Assembly (NCBI RefSeq): GCF_964355755.1
Contig: NC_092673.1
Span: 3,968,001-4,032,000, forward strand
Source: Antedon mediterranea
Lineage: Eukaryota; Animalia; Echinodermata
Length of the DNA stretch: 64,000 bases
Direction of reading: 5' to 3'
The notes under the pieces were generated by a model, which saw nothing but the letters and a program-made list of their open reading frames with translations, searched no databases and had not been told where the DNA came from. Positions within the stretch are counted from its first letter, which is position 1, and each line of letters starts with the position of its first letter. Of this stretch, positions 40,801 to 53,747 are shown one piece after another. A program made the translations under genes and the position numbers.

Positions 40801-43800
40801 CCCAGGGTCAGTCAACTTTCCAAATACTGGACTCTCTAAAACCGGAAACTCTCCCAAAACCAGACTTTTATTAAGTTCCAAAATGTTCCAAATTAACTTT
40901 TATATTAGTAATTTTACCAACAATAAAGATTACCATATTAGTTCCATTTTCCATAGAAGCATTTGTTATAAAAGCATCACAGTTATACCTTGAAAATACA
41001 AATTGTTGTTTCATCACCAAAAGTAAAACCTTGTGTATTGTTTATTGTTTTTCTTCATACAATTTGTTTTCTATTGATAGTCATTTCAATAACATGTCAC
41101 TTGAAGAAATTGGTGCAAACACATTTTATGGAGTTGGACATTGTCAACTACTGTAAGTACTCCCATAGCAGGTACATGAGGCTTAAGCTCTGTCCACACT
41201 ATTAAACTAGTTTGACGAAAAAAAGTTATATGCCCAAATATGGTAGTGACATGTTTAAATATGGTAGTGATATGACATCATCATGTCCATATATGGGCAC
41301 ATCACATTTTTTTGTAACATAAAGTTTGATAGTGTAGACAGAGCTTTTAGATGGTAGTTTATTTATTATCAAAGTTAGAGATTTAGTTGTAATTGTCATT
41401 AAGAGTTAAATTCATGTTTCACAACATTCTGAAGTATGGTCAATTTGAGAAACTTCTTTCTTACTTGTTTATATATTTATTCAATGTTATCACTTATTAA
41501 TTTCTCATATAAATTATTATTTTTATTTCAGGCCTTAAAGATGTATTGTCCCCAAAAAACATGAAAAATGAAGATTAATTAAATCAGACTTTGAATATGT
41601 TATTTTGTAGTTTTAATACAGTTAATGACTTCCATAGAAAAATAATGAAAAAATAATGTTTTCACTTGTAAAATGACAAACTAAATGGTTAAATCCAACC
41701 AAAAACCCATTGGCTGGCAGCCAATTAAACCATTTTTTTGCTTTAAATTACATTTTTTCAGGTAAATACATTTTTTTTTTACCCCAATTTTTGGTCAAAG
41801 TGGATAACTATTACGTTAAATTAAAATTCAATATTCAACAAAAATTTTGTTTTCTTCAGGAGGACACTACATCTTTAAATTATTTTTTTTGGTTTGCTTT
41901 TTAGATCATTATCTATGAATCGATTGAAATATATTCCGAAAGCTGTGACAAATTTGAATGTATTAAACTACATGTAAGAAATTTATGAAAAAAACTGGTG
42001 ATTTTAGTAGTGATAGATTTTGGGTTTAAAAAAATATAAATTACTATAATTAATACTGATACAAAATACTGTGTATCATAGTGTGGTAGATTAAATCTAA
42101 TTTAATCTAACCTCTAGGTAGTTATTGTGACATGATTACCAATTTTTATATTGTTTAAAGGTTTAGAGAATAAACATTAGTAAAGTTAGGTTTGCAGTGC
42201 ACCATGAAATTCCAAAAGGAAATTAAGCAGAGTGGAGCTTGGTGGTTAACGTGCTTGCCTTCCAATCCCAAGGTCCAGGGTTCAATCCTGACCTAGCACC
42301 AACAACTCACAACTCTTTCAACTCCACTTCCTCAAATGAGACGTAGTTTTTAAGAGATAAATTATAAAATAGTTTATTCATCCTGTAATTGGCGAGTTAC
42401 TTGCTGTTGGATGCGTATGAAATATATTTTTAAAAAGTATGGTTGTGTATATCTTGACATTTCACAGTTTGTTCTTATTCGTAAGTGTATATTTTCACAA
42501 TGTAATTCCATTTTGTTTGTAGTCTTCTTGGTAACAATATGATAACTGAAATACCAGATTTTGCCTTTAACGGTTCAAGAAAAGTTCTTGGGATATTCCT
42601 GAATGTAAATCAACTGCAAAGAATTCCGAAGAATGCATTTGCAAATTTGAAACAATTAAAAGAACTGTAAGTTTTGTAATTTGTATCATAATTAGAATAA
42701 AATATTGATATCCATGAACTGAAGCTTGCTTTATTTTTAGTATATTCTAATTCAATTTTATTTAATAATAATTTTTTAATTTATTTTGAAGATATCTATT
42801 CAAAAACAAGATAGTTACAATAGAATTGGGTGCTTTTAAAGATAATCCATTGGAAAAACTGTAAGTATTTCATCAGTTTGGGCTTTTCAACTTCACATAT
42901 TAAAGCGTATTTAATTTCATGAAGAACATCACACAGTCAACCAAAAATGTTATGATTTTTTATCCATTTCTTTACAGGTATCTTTTTGAAAATAATTTGG
43001 TAACCATACCGCAAAATTTATTTAGGACACCATCTCGAACTATCACCACCTTGTGAGTAAATTTTTAAATCGTATGTATATTTTTGTAAACAAGCTAACA
43101 GGTAAAATTTACCTTATAAACAAAAACAGTAAAGGACGTTAGAAAAATAGTTTAGAATGATAATAAAATATTGTGAATGCCAAAAGCTAAATATTCACTC
43201 TTGTTATGTAGTGATTCAGGGATATTCAATTTTTATATGCTATCCACATCATATCATTTTAATAGTCAAATAATGTTTTTAAATGTATCAAAACTGAAAT
43301 GATTCCTTCTTTTTAGGCATTTATTTTTTAGTCCAGTGAAAACTATTCATCCTTCAGCTTTCATAGAGTTGGCGGACAATGCTACAATGTAAGAAAATAA
43401 AGATTCACCATTAGCTGTCTGACACTTTTGCTTGCAACAAATTGATAAACTGGGGTATATGATTGAAAATGTTCATCTGGTTTGAAGATATGTTAGTAAT
43501 TTTGGTTTGTCAAAATAAAATTTTAAAATAAAACTGGGGTATAAGTTCACAAACCTAATGTTACATTTAAACATTTTGAATAATGGTTATGTAATAATGA
43601 CATGGTTATGATGTTAAAATAATATTCTAAAATTTTAAGCAACTTGTATTTACTTATATCTTAGTATTGGAACTTGTAGTCAATTGGAGAATATTCCTAA
43701 ATTACAAGCTAATGTAACTATGTGAGTATTGTTATTTGATAAGGTACATTTTCACTGCATTTTATAAGATATATATTTTACATACAAACAAAAATAATGA

Positions 43801-46800
43801 TACAGTTTATGATACAGTTTATGAGTCATTTGATGAAGAAATTACCCAAAACAGTAGCTAATAGTGTGTCCTCTTTTTTCAACAACCGAGGACTGATGAC
43901 CAACCTAGGTCAGGTCAACCGATGTGAGACAAACTTCCCAATATTTCCACATGCGCACAGTGAACTAACATGACATTGTTTGTCGCAGATCGCAGGCTCT
44001 CTATTATGTGTAGTATAGTACAGTATCAACATGAAATATTGCGCAAAATATAAATATGTAAATCATTTTTTTTAAACACAGGACATGCATGAGTGAATTC
44101 ACAGTGCCCAAACTGGAATTTCCGATGATCATGTGCTCCTCTTTGAAAGGATACGGTTACCAGTGTAACTTAGTGTTTAGACATTGCTTTTGTATACCTT
44201 GCCCAAAAGGTTACTTTGGTAGCAGTGGGATGTCTAATGGTTGTAACGCATGTCCACCAGGTAATAAACAATATTAGTCAGTGATGGCTATGAGCACTCA
44301 CTGTCTAAATCCAGGGGCCCCCAGAGCTTAAGGTGCCCTAGAGCATGAAAAGCCTCAATGCAACTATACTACCCAGTGTTTTGGAGGTCCCTTCAGGAGG
44401 GCTAAAACAAGGGTCTTTGCCCCCCCCCCCCCCCCCTCCTGCGTTACGCCATTGACATAGTTTGACTCACATTTATAACTGAGCCAAGGATAATAAAATG
44501 AAATTTATCCAACTTTTTAAAACCCAATAGGAATAAGGCAGAGTGAAATCTCTTCACTAAAGTGCAAAACTTACATTAATATAAAGCTCTGTCTACACTA
44601 TCAAACTAGTTCGACAAAAAGTGTGATGTACCCAAATATGGCAGTGACATGACATCATGTCCATATATGGGCACATCACATTTTTTTGTCACATAAAGTT
44701 TGACAGTATAGACAGATCTTTTAAGTCTATAAATATTCCTCACAATCAGAATCTGAGCAAATTTGTGCATGAACATTCGATTCAAGATGGAACCAGTTGA
44801 TTAATTGATTAAACATTTCTTCAAAACAAATAATGAATGTTTTGTGTTTGATATTTAAGTTTGTTTACTAAACCATTCTCTAATAAAAATAATATCTTGT
44901 TTTCAGGTGGTTATTATCTAGATGAAATCGGAGTCGCAAATGGTTTAACATACTACGATAACTGTAAAACATGTAAACACGGTACATATGTCCCACCAGG
45001 ACGCCCTGGAAGATCTGAATCTGACTGCCAAGTTTGTCCATTTGGTACTCAAACCAATCGGGTCGCTGGATCTCGTGCCTGTCGTTGTATCAACAATTAC
45101 TACCGTATAGATCGTTTTGGAAGGTGCTTTATGTGTACCAAAAGAGGAATTGTCTGTCCTTTTGAATACCAACTACTTCAGCCTGGATTTTGGTGGTATT
45201 GGCAATCAGATGAGGATTTTTACAGTTATTCAAATTTCACTTGGGCTCTTAAGCAAGAAAATTATACAGCAATTAATGGCGTTGATAACACACTACTTTT
45301 TGTTGGATCTCTTCCATTTGCTCAAGAGTGTCCACGACCGAAGAGTTGCCCTGGAAACACAATAAAGACAAGTTGTGCTGATGGCTTCACAGGGTGGATG
45401 TGTTCACAGTGCGAGAACGGCTTTTACCCTTGGTTTGATTCATGTAATAAGTGTCCATCAGTTTGGCATTTTTTTCTGGTATATGGTATCATCATCCTGG
45501 CTTTGCTCATTCTGATTGGTTTAATTTTCTGGATAGATTCAAAACGGAGTACCGATTCTGAAGCGAGAACGACAGCTGATATGATACTAGCCAGAGCTAA
45601 GATTGTCATTGGGTTTTATCAAGTCCTTGCTGGAATATTCAGTACATTAAATTACATTCACTGGCCTCGGGCTCTGGCAAATATTGGACAACGTTTGCAG
45701 AACATTGCTCTTAACATCATCAAGATCGCCAGTCCTCAGTGTCTTGACCCGCGATTCAAGTTGAATGCGTATCGTGAATTCATATTTGGAATCACATGCC
45801 CAATATTGATGATAATATTAACTATCTTCATTTACCTCATTAAGAATCTCATTTTGAAATTTACAATACCAAAATATGATCGTCCATTAAAAATGGCAGA
45901 AACCAAGCGACTCTGTTTTCAATATACACTGTCTCTTCTTTTTCTTACATATCCCAATTCCTGTAACACAATCTTCTCCCTCTTTCCATCAATCTGTCAA
46001 GCATTCTGGGTTGATGACTTACAAAATGACGTACAAAGTAGACTCAAGTCCGATTATTCTATCTCTTGCGAAGAGGACCGTTACACAATTTATATGTATG
46101 CTGCTTATGTAAGCCTTCTATATGTCGTAGGTTTTCCGTTAGGGTTGTTATTTTTGCTTTGGAGATTCAGGTTCGAGTGCGTTCTGTCAACTCACAAAAT
46201 GAGTGACCCTCTCTTAGAGATTTCAGGCGACTCAGAAACCATCTACTATCAAGATCCAAGTAACTTAGACTTTGTCGATGATACTATGTCACAGAAGACT
46301 GATATTACCATCAAGAAAAAATCTGGTTTAAGTGATCCTTACGGGCTTAGAGCTTTCCATGAAAGTTATAACTCAAGATGCTGGTTCTGGGAAGTGGTAG
46401 AGTTAGTTCGCAAGCTTACGCTGACATCTCTTGTCATTTTCTTCGGCTCGACAAGTAGAACGCAGATTGGAGCAGCTGCGTTTCTGGCAATACTCTTCTT
46501 GATTTTGCATGTAGCATTCCAACCAATGAAAGACACCTTTGAACACTGGTTGCAGTTGTTGTCATTGGCAACTATTGTTCTCAATCTTCTGATAGGCGTG
46601 ATCTTGATGGTTCCTGTTGATGACAGTAAAAAGCAGAGTACGCTGGATAAAGCGGATGATCTTGGGGTTCAGATAATCCTTATAATTGTTGATTTTGGAA
46701 TCATCTTGCTGTTCACAGGTAAATAGTGGATAATTCATTCATTTTATTTCAGATAAATATCCATAAAGAACATAACAAAAACATAACATTAATATAAAAT

Positions 46801-47428
46801 GATTTTAAACCCTTTATGATACAATTTTGACTATTTAACAATGCTTTTGATTGTTCTAATTAAAACATAATTGTTAGAAATAATTTGTTTTATGAAGCTT
46901 TGCTGATGATGTTTTGCCTCATTCACACTGGACTTCTAAAAACTAAAAGAGCAATTGGTCAGATTAACCGGAAAAAAATCCAGTGCTAACACATTTTAGG
47001 ACATTGTCTGTGTCAACTTCATTGACCTGTAAAGCTCTGTCTACACTATCAAACTAGTTTGACAAAAAAATGTGTGATAAGCCCAAATATGGTGGTGATA
47101 TGCCAAACTATAGTAGTGATATTACATCATCATATGTCCATATGGGCACATCACATCACATTTTTTTGTCACATAAAGTTTGATAGTGTAGACAGAGCTT
47201 AAGGTTACCTTTAACAAAACCAGCACAGATAATTCAAAAGTTACAAAATACAACCTTATAATAATGTTGACTTTCATCTTTGCAGTTTCTACCTTGAGAT
47301 CCTTGTACAATGCATTCAAGCACATCTCAAAAGATAATAAAATGAAGAAGATTATTATTGATGGTGAATTAGAATTCAACGACAACGAAAATGAATATGT
47401 TAATGAATCAGAGCCTCTAGTTCTGTAG
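34863..47428 (+). CDS. LRR-containing multipass membrane protein (signal peptide, LRRNT, ~15 LRRs, Cys-rich repeats, ~9-10 TM), ~1170 aa, 19 coding exons
   Basis: In-frame exons approx. 34863-35098, 35379-35444, 37305-37364, 37619-37687, 38952-39023, 39282-39353, 39749-39823, 40371-40442, 40670-40762, 41081-41152, 41906-41973, 42523-42666, 42792-42860, 42978-43052, 43317-43388, 43665-43721, 44082-44261, 44908-46718, 47286-47428. Phase-2 LxLxxNxI exons, CxxCPxG repeats, and a 1.8-kb exon with many hydrophobic helices. Confidence 0.88.
35856..37151 (-). mobile_element. Non-autonomous Helitron in intron 2 of the LRR gene
   Basis: On the minus strand it starts A|TCTATATATAAA and ends with hairpin CTAGATGGTACGCGAGCGAAGCGAGCGTGCCATCTAG|T; A/T target, no TSD. 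Confidence 0.65.
37705..38808. repeat. (AAACAAGTATAT)n / (AAACAAGT)n simple repeat in an LRR-gene intron
   Basis: Mixed 12-mer and 8-mer units with a ~300-bp internal duplication. Confidence 0.95.
39370..39680. repeat. 22-25-bp minisatellite (ATCATTATCATTTGATAACAGC)n
   Basis: About 12 degenerate tandem units. Confidence 0.85.
40067..40148. mobile_element. Very short Harbinger-like MITE
   Basis: TTA|AGCTTGATTTCCATTAAATCGCTA ... TAGCGATTTTATGGAAACCAAGCT|TTA. Confidence 0.55.
41186..41345. mobile_element. MITE family A copy
   Basis: Same TIRs; TTA flank. Confidence 0.8.
41539..41874. mobile_element. TTAA-flanked MITE family B copy
   Basis: TTAA|AGATGTATTGTCCCC ... GGACACTACATCT|TTAA. Confidence 0.75.
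42228..42330 (+). mobile_element. tRNA-derived SINE head
   Basis: GGAGCTTGGTGGTTAACGTGCTTGCCTTCCAATCCCAAGGTCCAGGGTTCAATCC; related copies at ~568-625, 2045-2150 (minus) and 55997-56110. Confidence 0.55.
44585..44719. mobile_element. MITE family A copy
   Basis: Same TIRs and core. Confidence 0.78.
47033..47199. mobile_element. MITE family A copy
   Basis: Perfect 23-bp TIRs; TAA TSD. Confidence 0.85.
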
Positions 47429-48440
47429 GCACATTGTAACCTAGACTAAGGTTCTAACCCGTAATTAGTAAAGATAACTATTTTGGCACATATAGCGTTT
47501 CATACATATAATATACAGTACTCACAATTACGTATATGTGTTTTCAGACGAAAATCAAAACGTCGACTGGTGCACTAACATAAAAAAGACAATAACTACA
47601 GACTTGAGGCAAGTCTAAGTGTAACCCACAACATAGATAGTGATAAACAAACAACCATTTGGTATACGATTTCTGTAAATATTTTATAGGCGCGTCAGCA
47701 GTTGGTAGGAATTAGGACGAGTGCAGGTGTGAGGCGTAAATGAGAGCTTCAATAATGCAATAGTCTACCCATTGCATTTTGAAAAATTTGGGGTGGTACA
47801 GAGTTTAAATGAAAGCATACCGGTTGAGTACAGAACTGACTGACTAACCGCCAAGTTTTATAATTGGATAAAATAAGTATGACTATGAAAACAGGGAGAT
47901 TTAACAAGCTAACAAGTGGTCTAAAACGATACAAATTCAAGTTATGGTTAGCAGATAGATTCTATAAAACCGATAACAATGTTACAATGTCAGGACGTAG
48001 AGTAATACATTTATATTTACTACAGTATTTAAGTTTCTTTTTTTTTGTGATCCATAAAAAACGAAGGTTGTAAAATGTGATTACAGTTTGTAGACATTTA
48101 AGCATGTGTTGATACTTAATAACACAAGAAAAATATAAAATTGAAAAATGATTGAAAATACAAATAGCTTTAATTAGGTCTTATTTGATCTATTTATTAT
48201 CTAAAATGACTATTTAAATACACATAAATGAAAGATCATTAGTTTAATAAAATTCATAGTAAAATATATATGAAAATTTTGAATTAATACTGTACCTTTG
48301 TACAAAAGGCAATAGCAATGTTTAATTAAAAACTGTTTAATGTAAAGACAAATTATCAATTACAGTATTTAAAAATATTGCAAGCAGTACTTTTACATCT
48401 GCATCTGTATAAAATACACTATTAAGTGTATGGTAAGTAG

Positions 48441-48759
48441 TATTATATAACACCTATATAAATTCCTGTCATTTGTTTGGACGAATGTGGGTCACATGGC
48501 GTGCAATAGTACGCACTATTCAACGATCGTTAAATAGTACTTTTTGAAACCTTTTTGTGTACGAAAAAAAAACGTCTAGATGTTATATAAAACAAATAAT
48601 GAATGTTTTGTATTCGTGTAATGGTACAAATAATGGCACTTGGTGAATGATGAAAGGTTATATCAACTCGGCTTTGCCTCGTTGATATAACCTTTCATCA
48701 TTCACCTCGTGCCATTATTTGTACCATTGCACTCATAAACATTCATTATTTGTATAATA
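48441..48759. mobile_element. Asymmetric hairpin element (~160-nt terminal foldback plus short inverted repeat)
   Basis: Palindrome 48592-48753 centred on CTCGGCTTTGCCTCG; TTATATAACA / TGTTATATAA inverted pair at 48443 and 48581. Confidence 0.65.
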
Positions 48760-49603
48760 TCAAGAGATTATATAGGTACAATACACCAGACATAATTACA
48801 TGATAATATAATTTAAAATTTAGCTATGATATTTGACTAATTTGAATTTTACCGAGGAGCAGCAATGGGCACTTTTTTTTTTTATTCAATTTTAGGCAAA
48901 TTGCCAAGGATAACCACAAGTGAACTCAATCACTGTCCTCTAAAAGGTGGCTCTCCTGTTAACACAACAAACATATACACAAGATGCGCTACATACACTT
49001 AAACATATGCAAACATTATGATTGAAAACGTGCCACATCCTTAATACCGTTCTCAGTAATAAGATAATATAATATTTATTGGTCCATCATAAAATATGCT
49101 GGAAATTCATTTTCCAATATGCATAAACCATTTCAACATAATTGGTACATGATATTAAAAAAGGTTTAGTTAAAATGAGTTCACTTTTTCTCATCTAATT
49201 TACCTAAAGTTTCTCACCATCTCCTGATTGTGCTTTTTAATAGTCTCTTCAATTTATTTTTCTTGATTTAAGAGTACTGTTAGCTGCTTAGGAATGTAAT
49301 CTATCACAATGATTATATTTTGGACATTATTTTTTATTCTCTTGTCTCACTAAAAAAAAAAACAATAAATAAAAACAATAATATTTTTATTGATAGATGT
49401 TTGTGAACAGGTTGTAGATAAAGACAATAATAAGTAAACTATTAATAATGCTTAATATTATTTTAGTTAATGAACTATTTTATTTGTTATGTTTTGGTGA
49501 AATAAATAAATTAAATAAACAGTGCATGGTGTGTTTACAAATGTTTTTTTAGAAGGTCCTTAGTATTATTATTAGATAATACCATTGTACTTACTACTGA
49601 ATA

Positions 49604-51574
49604 CTAATCCATCTCCATTCCGTGGACTCTCTCTGAAAAAGAAAGCATTAAATAATGTTTAAATACAGTTGTAGAGGCATTCTTAGAAAACCTTTTTTCT
49701 TTGTCTCGCTCTCTCTACTACGGACCGTCGAGCAAGCAGGACGTATTGTTCCTATTTTTTAACGTAACAAGAAAGTTTGCGTATTCTAAAGAATAATAGT
49801 GAAACATATATATAGTTACGGAGCCAAATCAGAAGATATTGATGAGATTTGGACTCAACACACGCTCTCACAAGACAGTGGGGAAGTAACAACTCTAGAT
49901 GGTATATTATTTATTTAAATGCTGATTGATAAACAAAACCAAATATAACATTGTATACCATACAGTATTTGTATCAAGTCATGTCTGTAAGATATGTTAT
50001 TATTAAATCATTTAGGACTACTGACATTAATCAAGATAAATTTGGGTTAAATTTAAAAACAAATTACATTCGTTTTTAAGATATCCAAATTAAATACGGT
50101 AGCTTAGAGATTGTGACCAAAAATGTTTATTGCCATAGTTACTATTTATTAATTTATTTATTAACAATATTTAACCAGGGTGGCCAGATCAGTCAAAAAG
50201 ATTGGTCTCCCTTGTGGGGCCCTGGGTACAATAGTACATTTAAAACTAAAATATAAAACAGTAAGACAATAGATCTTAATGAATAGGTTTGGGTTGGAAG
50301 GAATATCATAGATTTAACTCCAGAGGGAAAACATTTTTCTTTTCAAACCAACAAAAAGTCAGCAGATCCCTGTTTAAACTATGTTTCTATTTGTATGTCT
50401 CTGCATTGTTTATTAGAGCTTGCAATCTTTACTTACGGTTTTCTTGTTTCTGCCGAACTGAAAAAATAAAGACAAGATTGCATTAAATATTTTAATCAAA
50501 AAAAAAGTATACAAAATTGGTTTCAACACTCAAAGAAATATCTTTTCGAGGTACAATAACAATACTAAAAATATCAGTTTTTCTTGTACCTGTATTTTTA
50601 AAGCCAAGACATATTTTATAGGGTGCTTAAAATCTACAAATTGCAAGTACTTTAATAGAGTAGATTAGATCAATCTTTTACAACCCACAAAACACTTTGG
50701 TAAGGTTTAACGGAATGCAGTTACAGTATGTGGGTTTTTTATTTTGATTTGGGAGTAAGCGCTTTGAGCACCTGGTGAACATGTGCGCTTAACAAATCTT
50801 ATTGTTATTATTTTAATAACCACATTTTACATTTAAAATCACTATATAGATAATAAAAACTCAAATCCCAGACTGTATTATTAAATTTCATCAATCTAGT
50901 ACTGTAGTACTGTACTTTATAACAATTTTAAATTACAAGAAAACGGATGCGCCTTAACACGGCCCAACGGATCTCATACTATAAGAAATGCTAAACAAAG
51001 GTGAGTGCAAAGTAAAGGTAAAAGGCTTACCAAATGATCCTACAATTTGAAGAATATTTTTCAAATTCTCTTGGTCCAATAGGAGAGCTATAAAACTGTT
51101 CATGGTTTCTATATTATCATCTAGTTTCAATTGTCTTGTTAAGCTATTGACCAAATCCCATGAACTTTTTGAATCCTTTCTTTTAACGCCATAGAGACGT
51201 GCAACAGATTCCACCTCTTCCTTTTGCAATGTTTTACCAAGGTCAACTAGCATCCTTCTGAATTCTGAGATCATGTGAGTAGAAGATGGTCTTGGATAAT
51301 AGTACTGGTCTATTATTTTATGTAAATCTTGGAGCCCCGTTACTTCAAATATTTCATAAAGAAGTCCAACATTTGTTGCGCCGATGTTTGCCCCATTTTG
51401 TAGCAGTGTGAACACCTCAATAGTTGACGCATTTTCTATTGAGCCAGCATTGTTTATGATGTCATAGACAGCTACCTTAATCATTGGTAGGTCTTCGTCT
51501 TCAATGTCCGATGCAAGTTTTACAATCATTTGTCGGAACTTGTCCTCAATGTTCATTTGTCTTTGACCACTCAT
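49604..51574 (-). CDS. Tandem death-effector-domain (DED) protein of ~200 aa with no caspase domain seen (cFLIP-short-like architecture)
   Basis: Main exon 51574-51031 has two DED-like units (KFRQMIVKLASDI..LLYEIFEVTGLQDLHKIIDQY; ISEFRRMLVDLGKTLQKEEV..). Then a 21-nt exon 50457-50437 and a short exon from ~49632 that reaches a stop. 3' exon assignment is tentative. Confidence 0.65.
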
Positions 51575-51786
51575 GTCCTAAGTAAAAAATAGAACAATTA
51601 TTTTTATATTAATTACTACTAGTCAATATTATTGTATTAATAATTATTTTTAGTCATATAAAATTAATTCTGTAAGTACTCTATTACTGTACTACATTGC
51701 ATGATCAAATCACTAGAAAAGAAACCAAGCAATAAACGTATCATCAAAGAATTTATTAATATATTCTATTTATAAAAAATATGGTA

Positions 51787-52615
51787 GGGTCTATCCTAGG
51801 ATTAGGCCAAGTTGAGCCGCCGACAAGTTGAGCCGCCGCCAGAAAAACGTTATTTTCTATGAAACGCCAAATGCTTACTTTCGCCGGTGCTCGTTTCTAT
51901 TTAATAGAAGTTCTATTTATATTAATTATTAGATATAACGATGTATATTCCAAAGTTTATATATCACGGTTTTTAGTATATATTATTAAATATTATAATT
52001 AAAGAGAAAGAATTATGAATATCTGACTTGTTTGTAGATTCCAAAATATAAGGCCTAAAACATGACCGAAAGTGATCGTTTTTAGCCAAAAATGACGTAA
52101 ACATGTTGCCCCCTTAGGCGGCAGTTGTATGAACTAGGCCTACTCCATTTTTCGGTAAAATAATTGCATAAAATCACCGTTTTTTAGTAAAATATTCTGT
52201 GTATTAACATTGTAAAATTCAATAAAATATGATATTAAAAGATAGTAGATAAAAAATAATAATTATTTAACCTCATTCGAAGAGTATCAATACTCTATTA
52301 GTCCTGAGAGACAACGTGATTTTACGCGAGAAAAATATTATGGAGTGCACTGCATTTTTACCTTGAAAGATTAAAAACAATTAAATTATTAAATATGACT
52401 ACTTTCCTTTGCTGTGTTGTTATGGCGGTTCAAACCAACAAAATTGTAGTATGTAATTATTATTTATTTTCATGACACAATAAACCTAAAGACCATGAAC
52501 TTATGTACTAGGAAACCCCTCTATCACTACGCGAAATGTCGTAAAAGACGCACTGGGCGTTTCATAGAAATTACCGGCGGCTCAACTTGTCGGCGGCCCA
52601 ACCGGTCATATCCCC
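51787..52615. mobile_element. TA-flanked non-autonomous TIR element (Tc1/mariner-pogo-like)
   Basis: TA|GGG...AAGTTGAGCCGCCGACAAGTTGAGCCGCCG / CGGCGGCTCAACTTGTCGGCGGCCCAAC...CCCC|TA. Confidence 0.65.
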
Positions 52616-53089
52616 TATCCTATAATGCATGATATTAGTAGGCTAAATATTCATTGCAAACAAAGTCGACAATATAATAATAATTAATAACTGGTACTTG
52701 ATAGCGCATTATGCTGAAAGCCTATTATTATAATTGTTCCACTACCAGGCCTAGTAAGACTAGTGACTACCGACCACTACAAACCGGCACTTCCCTATAG
52801 TAGGCCACTACCTAGAAGTAGGTTGGACCCCGGTTGGACCTAGCCAGTCTAATCTCTAGGCTAGTCTTCTATAAGACTAACAAACTTAATTAACTAGCCA
52901 GAGCCTAGCCTAGTTAGCCTACAGATCCCCTACAGTTACACTAGCTAGAGATGAAAAGCCTACTATCTAGATGGCCTAGCCTATTTATTAATAATACAAC
53001 AATATTCTTTTCTTGGATTAATAGGCTCAACTACCTACTAACAATATTTTAGGGCTCAATTTTAGTGCAAAAAACGGACTTTCTGACAC

Positions 53090-53213
53090 ACATGGAATGC
53101 TGTTTACTTCCGGACGTTCGCCTGGTGCGTGAAGTCTAAACTAAAGCAACTCAATAGCGGGCGCAATTTCCCATTTATCAATCTTTTTCATTCCACACTC
53201 GGCCATTAGATCG
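53090..53213. promoter_or_regulatory. Bidirectional promoter for RPL26 and the DED gene; 5'TOP/TCT-type start and non-coding RPL26 exon 1
   Basis: Pyrimidine tract CTTTTTCATTCC at 53183-53194 followed by donor GTAGGA at 53214; ETS motif ACTTCCGG at 53106-53113; divergent DED gene on the other side. Confidence 0.6.
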
Positions 53214-53747
53214 GTAGGAAAATATTTACAGTAAAATATCCGAAAATATCTTTCTTAAATTATCCCATCGTCTATATATTTTAACATCATAAACAAACTT
53301 ATCTTCTTTTGACTGCATACAATGTTTTTTTGATATAGTAGATTAACATTCTTCTTAGTAAATCTTAGTTTTTTAAGTGACCAGAAATGACAACAACCCA
53401 GTCGAGTCAACGGAGAAAAGCTATAATAGTACAATAGTATTGTAGGGAATCCTTATTGTAGACCTATTCATAATGATATTAACGTAAATAACGGGAGAAC
53501 TTTTGAATATGTACATATTCTATATCATTGTATCAATTAATTTCATGTTATTTTAACTAGAAGCCATAAATACATGGATGGGATGTAGCTAGCCTCTGCA
53601 AGACACTCTGCCTACTACTAGACTAGAGAGAGCCTATCATCAGGCTAGCCATAGTGCAAAATATATGCCTAGTAATGTATAGATTGGCCTAAAATCTAGG
53701 CCTAAGAAGATATTTTGTTACAATTAATGATCATATAAATAACATAA

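Noticed and set aside
43885-43935. CTGATGA-containing hammerhead candidate (also CTGACGA on the minus strand at ~56442-56448)
   Set aside because: No GAAA box or stem III follows in either case.
44861-46726. Stand-alone 621-aa GPCR ORF
   Set aside because: It is an internal exon (acceptor 44907, donor 46719) of the LRR gene and has more than seven hydrophobic helices without GPCR motifs.
51857-51870. CTATGAAACGCC shared between the TA-flanked element and the foldback TIR (23406)
   Set aside because: Only a 12-bp match between elements with different TSDs; too short to infer relationship.
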